Part shown: in pieces, positions 57,599 through 62,673 of the stretch
Position numbering within the stretch: position 1 is the first letter of the stretch
Layout of the letters: every line of letters begins with the position of its first letter
Source: Gemmatimonadota bacterium
GTDB lineage: Bacteria > Gemmatimonadota > Gemmatimonadetes > Longimicrobiales > RSA9
DNA length: 62,673 nt
Assembly: GCA_040905425.1 (NCBI GenBank)
Contig: JBBDRO010000111.1
Coordinates: 4,382-67,054 of the forward strand
Reading direction: 5' to 3'
Notes under the pieces: generated by a model
What the model saw: only the letters and a program-made list of their open reading frames with translations
The model's database searches: none
What the model was told of the DNA's origin: nothing
Position numbers and translations under genes: made by a program

Positions 57599-59572
57599 CT
57601 ACACCGGGTCCACCGCCTCCATGGCCGCCGCCTCGAGGGCCCAGGGAACCTGGCTGTCCCGGGCGTAGCGGGGCGCGCTCGTGTAGGCGCCTGGCCTGAT
57701 GCCCCGCCGGCGTTCGAGCGCCTTCAGCGCCTCGTTCACCTCTACCGGCGGTGGCGTCTCCGGCACCGGCCGACCCTTTCGATCATAGAAGTTCGGCCGA
57801 CCCGGCAGCGGCATGTCCATGCTGAAGCCGCCCTCGTGGACGAGCGTGTGGTGGTAATCGCAGAGCAGCGTCAGATTGTCCAGACTGGTGGTGCCGCCGT
57901 CGGCCCAGTGCAGCACGTGGTGCCCGTCCGCAAAGCGCAGCCCGCAGCCCGGGAACCGGCAGCCCCCGTCCCGCGCCTCCAGCGCCCGCCGCATCGGCGT
58001 GCTTATGCGGCGCGTCTTTCTGCCCACGTCCAGGACGGAGCCGTGTTCGCAGCGTGTGACCTCCACCATGCTGCAATCGCAGGTGAGGCGCCGGGCGGAC
58101 TCGCCCGTCACGCGGGTGCTGTCGTCCAGGTGGCAGCGCTCGGCCTGCTCCCCCGCCACCAGCGCCTTCGGCTCCACGTTCAGCATGACCAGGTAGCGTT
58201 CGGCGCGCGGGCTGATGGGGCTGGGGCGCGGTTCCGCGGAACCGCGGAGAACCGGATCGGAACCGCGGAGAACCGTATCGGAACCGCGGAGAACCGCATC
58301 GGAACCGCGGAGAACCGCATCGGACCCGCGGAGAACCGCATCGGACCCGCGGAGAACCGCATCGGAACCGTGATCGGAACCGCGCCCACTCGGTTCCGCG
58401 GAACCGCGAGATTCGTCCGGATTCCGGACAGATTCGGCGGAAGACGGTTCTGCGGAACCGCGGAGAACCGCGTCGATCTCATCATCCGTTTCTACGCCAT
58501 CCTCCACCGCCGCCGCCCCCAGCCCCACCCGCACGTCCGTCCTCAGGTCCCCGGTCCCCGCCACCCGCGCCCGCTCCGCCAGCATGAGAAAAGCGTCGGC
58601 CCGCCGCTGTCGGTCCGTGCGGCCGTCCTCGGCTCCCTGATGGACGGCCAGCCCGAAGGCCTGCAGGGCGCGCATCACCGGCAGGCCGTCCGCCGCCGGC
58701 ATGCGGCCGCGGAACCGGACCATGCCGTGTTCGTCCATCCAGGCCACGAACTCGCGCGCCTCCCATTGCCGGCGGGCATACTCCCGCGGGTCCGTTTGAC
58801 CGTACAGCCGGGCGTCCCGGACGAACGCCTCCAGCTTCTTCGCGCTGACCGAGAGCGCGTACTTCAGGATCGCCGCTTCCGTCTCCGGCGTGGCCAGGCG
58901 CGTGAGGGCGCGTGCCTTGGTGAAGCTCAGTTCACCGCGCTCCATGGCTGCACTGGTGAGCGGCAGCGTCACCAGCACGCGGGCCGTGCGCACGCGCTGG
59001 CGGCAGGCGCCCTCGTCCTTGCCGGTGCGATGCGCCAGCCAGGCGGCGCAGGAGCGGTGGCCGGAGAGCTTCCAGCCGCCGCGCCGATCGAACTCGGCCA
59101 GCCGGACCAGCAGCTGGTATTCCGCGGCATGGATCCCGGCCGCGATGGTGGCGATCTCGTTGCCGAGCTCCTCGAGCGCCTCGGCCTCGGACTCCGGGTC
59201 CGGCGCCGCGCCGGCGGCATCGGAACCGGCATCGGAACCGTGCTCGGAACCGCCATCGGAACCGGCATCGGAACCGTGCTCGGAACCGGGCACCGGCTCG
59301 GATTCGAGGGCGCTCGGTTCCGCGGAACCGCGGGACACGCCAGCGTCGGCACCGCGCTCGGAATCCGGTTCCGCGGAACCGCGGAGAACCGCATCGGAAT
59401 CGAGTCCGCCTGCCAGCGCCTCATCACCTGCGCAGTCAGCTCCGGCCCGCTTCGCCGCCCAATCCACCTCATCCGGCAGCCCGACCTCCCGCTCCCGCAC
59501 CACCGCCCCGCCGCTCCACGCACCGGAGCCGCTCGCGTAGTCATACCTGAAGTCCTGCGCCCGCCCACCCAT
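57599..59572 (-). CDS. DUF222 (13E12-repeat family) protein with a C-terminal HNH nuclease; probable mobile element gene
   Basis: GGAGG before ATG; EFDRRGGW...SCAAWLAHR, GELSFTKAR, ARRLTCD, LDVGRKTR, RDGGCRFPGC, HHVLHWADGGTTSLDNLTLLCDYHHTLVH. Confidence 0.9.
   Translation of the reverse strand: MGGRAQDFRYDYASGSGAWSGGAVVREREVGLPDEVDWAAKRAGADCAGDEALAGGLDSDAVLRGSAEPDSERGADAGVSRGSAEPSALESEPVPGSEHGSDAGSDGGSEHGSDAGSDAAGAAPDPESEAEALEELGNEIATIAAGIHAAEYQLLVRLAEFDRRGGWKLSGHRSCAAWLAHRTGKDEGACRQRVRTARVLVTLPLTSAAMERGELSFTKARALTRLATPETEAAILKYALSVSAKKLEAFVRDARLYGQTDPREYARRQWEAREFVAWMDEHGMVRFRGRMPAADGLPVMRALQAFGLAVHQGAEDGRTDRQRRADAFLMLAERARVAGTGDLRTDVRVGLGAAAVEDGVETDDEIDAVLRGSAEPSSAESVRNPDESRGSAEPSGRGSDHGSDAVLRGSDAVLRGSDAVLRGSDAVLRGSDTVLRGSDPVLRGSAEPRPSPISPRAERYLVMLNVEPKALVAGEQAERCHLDDSTRVTGESARRLTCDCSMVEVTRCEHGSVLDVGRKTRRISTPMRRALEARDGGCRFPGCGLRFADGHHVLHWADGGTTSLDNLTLLCDYHHTLVHEGGFSMDMPLPGRPNFYDRKGRPVPETPPPVEVNEALKALERRRGIRPGAYTSAPRYARDSQVPWALEAAAMEAVDPV
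58230..58370. repeat. In-frame 21-bp tandem repeat, about 6 copies (DAVLRGS)
   Basis: GGAACCGCGGAGAACCGCATC and minor variants. Confidence 0.92.
59220..59290. repeat. In-frame 12-bp tandem repeat, 6 copies (GSEH/GSDA/GSDG)
   Basis: TCGGAACCGNNN units. Confidence 0.88.
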
Positions 59573-59856
59573 GGATCCCTCCTATCCACCGTGGTCGCAA
59601 TCACTTCCTGTAATATAAGGGGGGTGTTTTCGAAGCTCTGGAAGGGGCCTGGAAGGACGAAAGTAGGATCGCCGGAACTCGAAAGCTTCGGCACCGCCAC
59701 CGCAGCGCCCCAGCGGGCGCCCACCCCACCCCAGGAGCCAATTCGGCGCTGATCCGGGACAGGCCCGACTTCGCGCGCCGAAAACTGTCAATGGGATATT
59801 TGGGACACCCTCGCCATGCCGCGTGACAACCGGCGTCCCGACGCCTCAGCCGAATC

Positions 59857-59884
59857 GAGCTCCAGCTGATCGGTGCGGTGCGGC
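59857..59884 (-). pseudogene. Second fragment of the duplicated acylase 3' end (direct repeat of 61162-61189)
   Basis: 27/28 nt identical; encodes PHRTDQLEL with one synonymous change. Confidence 0.75.
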
Positions 59885-60159
59885 CTCGAGCTCCCTGCGC
59901 TATGTCTGCTGTCGCGTCAGTTGGCCTGGGTGCCCTCCTCGAAGGCCACATGCACCGCGCCCCGCATGCCGCCGAAGAATTCGACGAGCGCCGGCCCGTC
60001 CGTTAGGAAGTGACCGCCGCCCATGATGTTGTAGTTATGCTGAAGCGGCTGGCGCTATTGTAGGACATTTCCTGGCAAGCAATCAGGGTTCTGACGCTAT
60101 CTGAAAAAGGGTGGTGAGGCACAATTTAAGTCGGACAGGGCGAATAGATCTGATGGGGT

Positions 60160-61041
60160 ATGTCACTTGACTCGGAGCGATCTCTCACGAGGTGTCTTAT
60201 GGTTGCTGCATACGCGCCTTCCGTGGCGCGCGCCATTTCAGTGGGCGCCCGACTTGCCTGGTTTCTGACAGCTCTTTGGCTTTGTTGGAGTTCAACAGAA
60301 GCTGCGGGCCAGTCGATTTGGATTCAACCGGAGCCGACGCAAGGCATTCGAGCCGAATTGCTTTTTCCTGCGACTTCTGGCACAAGATTCTCGTTTCCCA
60401 GTTCTGCACTGTTTCTCACCGGCAGCATATTGCTTCGGTCCAATGTGGCCGTTGCTGTCGAATTGCCGGTGGCTCTAGGACGGGGAAACCTTCAGCGTGG
60501 AGTGGGGCTGCTTCAGGAAGAGTTTCAGCGCGTCAATGTTGGCAATGCCATGCTGGCAGTACTGTGGACAGATTCGACTGCCAATCACTCCTTCATGATG
60601 GCTGGACTGCGAATTCCCACCGGTGACCCCGGCCACGGGGCCGACTTAGGCGAAATGGCCGACTACAGTAGACCTGTGGCCTTCGGTGCCGACACATGGA
60701 GCCTTCATGTTCTGGGTGGACGGCCTCTTTGGGAGGGTAAGGCAGTGTGGTTGGAACCGAGTGTCGGGGGGGCGCTGTCGCGGTCGCATGGGGTCTACGG
60801 ATTGTACAACTTGCTTATAAGGAGCCAACCGAATCGGGTCCAGTTCTCCGCCGGGTTAGTGGGCCGGTATCAGCCCGGTCAGGGAGGAGACGCCAGCTAC
60901 CGAACCAATCACTCGCTCGGGGCAATGATCGGAACAGATGTGAGAGGCATGCGGGTGGGGGGGCATGTTCAGGCTCCGGTCGGCGATCCGGAGATCCGCG
61001 ACTGGCTGCTTGGGATCGTCGTCGAGCGGCCGTTCCGGTGA
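60160..61041 (+). CDS. Lower-GC hypothetical secreted protein, possibly a beta-barrel
   Basis: 293-aa ORF with visibly more A/T third positions than its neighbours; hydrophobic signal-like segment ending AAG-Q; GLRIPTG and alternating strands. Start may be 60199. Confidence 0.6.
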   Translation: MSLDSERSLTRCLMVAAYAPSVARAISVGARLAWFLTALWLCWSSTEAAGQSIWIQPEPTQGIRAELLFPATSGTRFSFPSSALFLTGSILLRSNVAVAVELPVALGRGNLQRGVGLLQEEFQRVNVGNAMLAVLWTDSTANHSFMMAGLRIPTGDPGHGADLGEMADYSRPVAFGADTWSLHVLGGRPLWEGKAVWLEPSVGGALSRSHGVYGLYNLLIRSQPNRVQFSAGLVGRYQPGQGGDASYRTNHSLGAMIGTDVRGMRVGGHVQAPVGDPEIRDWLLGIVVERPFR

Positions 61042-61080
61042 GGCGTGCCGACCGCCTGGCGCGGGTCTCCCAGGCGCTGC

Positions 61081-62673
61081 CTACAACACCTCCCTGAAGC
61101 GCACGTTGGCCTCCACCTCGGAGCGCTCCCACCATACGGGGCGGAGCTCCTGGCGGGCGTAGAGTTCCAGCTGATCGGTGCGGTGCGGCGAGCCGGCCCG
61201 GCTGGCGTTGCCGTAGCCGAGCAGCGCCCGGGCCCGGATGCGGGCGCCGAACTCCACCACCATGACGAAGGAGTCACCGCCCGCGGCCACCTGGCGGCCG
61301 TCCGCAGCCTCCTGGAAGTCCGTGACGCGGAAAGTGCCCAGCCCCCCTGGGCCGCCGTTGGCGGGCAGGTCCACGCCGTCACGCCGCAGCCGGTGCACCT
61401 CCCCCCACGCCACGTCCGCCGCGCCCCAAGTGGAATCCACCGCCGCCGCGGCGTCTACCAGCAGGTCCACCGCTCTGGCCGGATCGGAGAGCCCGTCGGG
61501 CGTGGCCAGCGGGGCCGCGGGGTCCCAGTCCGCCTGGTACATGGAGCCGCCCAGCCAGCGGTGGCGCGCCGCGGCGTCCATGAACGCCTTGAAGAGCACG
61601 GCGCCGCGGCTGTCCGCGTCCGTGCGCCGGTCCCAGCCGGCCAGCACCTCGGCGGCGCGCACGGCGGTGGGACGGCCGTCCAGGCGCGCCGCGGCCATGA
61701 GATCCTCCAGGAAGTGATCGGCCGCCTCCGCCCGCGTGGCGTGCTTGTAGGCCACCAGCTCCTCGAAGGTGATGCTGGCATCCCGGCTCAGCATGCGCAG
61801 CGAGTGCTGCGTGCGGAAGGAGGGCGGGCGCACGGGCGCCATGTAGCGGCGGTACGCCTCCGGATGGAGCGGCGAGGGCAGCGTGGTGGTCCAGGGCGGG
61901 TCATTGGTATTCTGCAGCCAGCCGGTCTGTGGATCCAGCACGGCGGGCAGCACGTGGTAATCGTGCACCCGCGTCCACAGCGTGGCCGAGGTGTCCCCCG
62001 GCACGATACCGGACCAGAATGCCCAGCCGCCCTGCTCACGCACGGGGACGCGGCCGTTGAAGACGTGCTGGATGTGGCCGGCCCGGTCCGCGTAGAGGGT
62101 GCTGAACAGGGGGAGTTGGAGGCGCTCCATGGCCTGGTCGAAGTCCTGCAGGCCGCGCGCCTGGAGCATGCTCCAGTACTGGCCGACCACGCCCGGCGCG
62201 TCCAGCCCCGCCACCCGCAACGCCAGCGCCCGCTCCTCCGCCATGGCCACCACGGGGCCGTGCACGGAGCGCCGAATCACCAGGGTGTCGGGCGTCATGG
62301 AGCCGTCCGGCTGGCGGACCTGCAGCACGCGCGTCTCCGTTTCGAAGCGCTCCCAGCCGCCGTCCCACAGGTAGCCCGTACCGCCCACCAGGCTCAACTC
62401 GTAGAGGTCCACGCCGTCGTAGGGGTTCACGGTATGCGTCCAGCCGAGCACCTCGTTGAAGGCAATCTGCGGCAGCGGGAAGCCCACCAGCCCGGCGCCG
62501 TACGCGCGCACCTCGGGGGCCTCCAGATGCATCTCGTACCAGGTGAACAGGTCGTCCCAGGGCAGGTGCGGGTTGGCCAGCAGCATGGCGTTGCCGCTGG
62601 CGGAGCGCTCCGGCCCGATGGCCCAGCCGTTGGAGCCGGCGCGCTCCCAGGCGCGGGCCGTGCCCTGGACCCG
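61081..62673 (-). CDS. Penicillin acylase family Ntn hydrolase (S45), 5' part outside the window
   Basis: Frame open to the window end: AG|SNGWAIGPERSASGNAMLLANPHLPW; GWTHTVN, SVHGP, QNTNDPP. Confidence 0.93.
   Translation of the reverse strand, partial: RVQGTARAWERAGSNGWAIGPERSASGNAMLLANPHLPWDDLFTWYEMHLEAPEVRAYGAGLVGFPLPQIAFNEVLGWTHTVNPYDGVDLYELSLVGGTGYLWDGGWERFETETRVLQVRQPDGSMTPDTLVIRRSVHGPVVAMAEERALALRVAGLDAPGVVGQYWSMLQARGLQDFDQAMERLQLPLFSTLYADRAGHIQHVFNGRVPVREQGGWAFWSGIVPGDTSATLWTRVHDYHVLPAVLDPQTGWLQNTNDPPWTTTLPSPLHPEAYRRYMAPVRPPSFRTQHSLRMLSRDASITFEELVAYKHATRAEAADHFLEDLMAAARLDGRPTAVRAAEVLAGWDRRTDADSRGAVLFKAFMDAAARHRWLGGSMYQADWDPAAPLATPDGLSDPARAVDLLVDAAAAVDSTWGAADVAWGEVHRLRRDGVDLPANGGPGGLGTFRVTDFQEAADGRQVAAGGDSFVMVVEFGARIRARALLGYGNASRAGSPHRTDQLELYARQELRPVWWERSEVEANVRFREVL

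Noticed and set aside
58230..59400. The repeats as a CRISPR array
   Set aside because: They are in frame within a CDS, tandem or irregularly spaced, lack unique equal-length spacers, and no cas genes are present.
59786..59791. TTGACA on the minus strand as the HNH promoter -35
   Set aside because: No -10 at 16-18 bp spacing; only an isolated TATATT near 59612-59617.
57540..61189. The repeat pair as a diversity-generating retroelement TR/VR
   Set aside because: No reverse transcriptase in the window; the mismatches are not confined to adenines on either strand; the target is not a lectin/Ig-type variable domain.
1..62673. tRNA, rRNA, prophage or IS transposase genes
   Set aside because: None recognised; intergenic gaps show no tRNA-like signature I could identify by eye.

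Overview
High-GC, gene-dense bacterial chromosomal window with about 50 CDSs and no recognisable rRNA, tRNA or CRISPR array. The gene mix (short Bacteroidota-type sigma-70, GWxTD proteins, PorV-family barrel, DUF2723, many lipoproteins) suggests Gemmatimonadota; this is inference only. Most of the window is housekeeping or envelope genes: ackA, cyclophilin, dehydrogenases, peptidases, MscS, ABC systems, a sigma factor, rsgA and trpE. Three things stand out. (1) 37.8-51.2 kb: a probable operon with a near-consensus promoter and a structured leader. It encodes a TonB-dependent receptor, a 1.2k-aa secreted protein with a T9SS-like C-terminal domain, a PorV-family barrel, a GWxTD protein and an Ig/IPT lipoprotein, and faces a second GWxTD/TPR protein. 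It is a candidate uncharacterised surface-display/uptake system. (2) 57.5-61.2 kb: an accessory insert bracketed by a diverged duplicate of the 3' end of the acylase gene. The duplicate is itself split by a DUF222-HNH gene carrying palindromic and tandem repeats, next to a lower-GC orphan gene. (3) Unusual proteins and motifs: a membrane-anchored half-DEAD-box/cold-shock fusion, a membrane-domain/SDR fusion, a C-terminal GPVGxPVTGG motif shared by two lipoproteins, and a recurring intergenic AAGCGACGTC motif. All family calls come from motif recognition by eye, not database searches, and start codons are best guesses.
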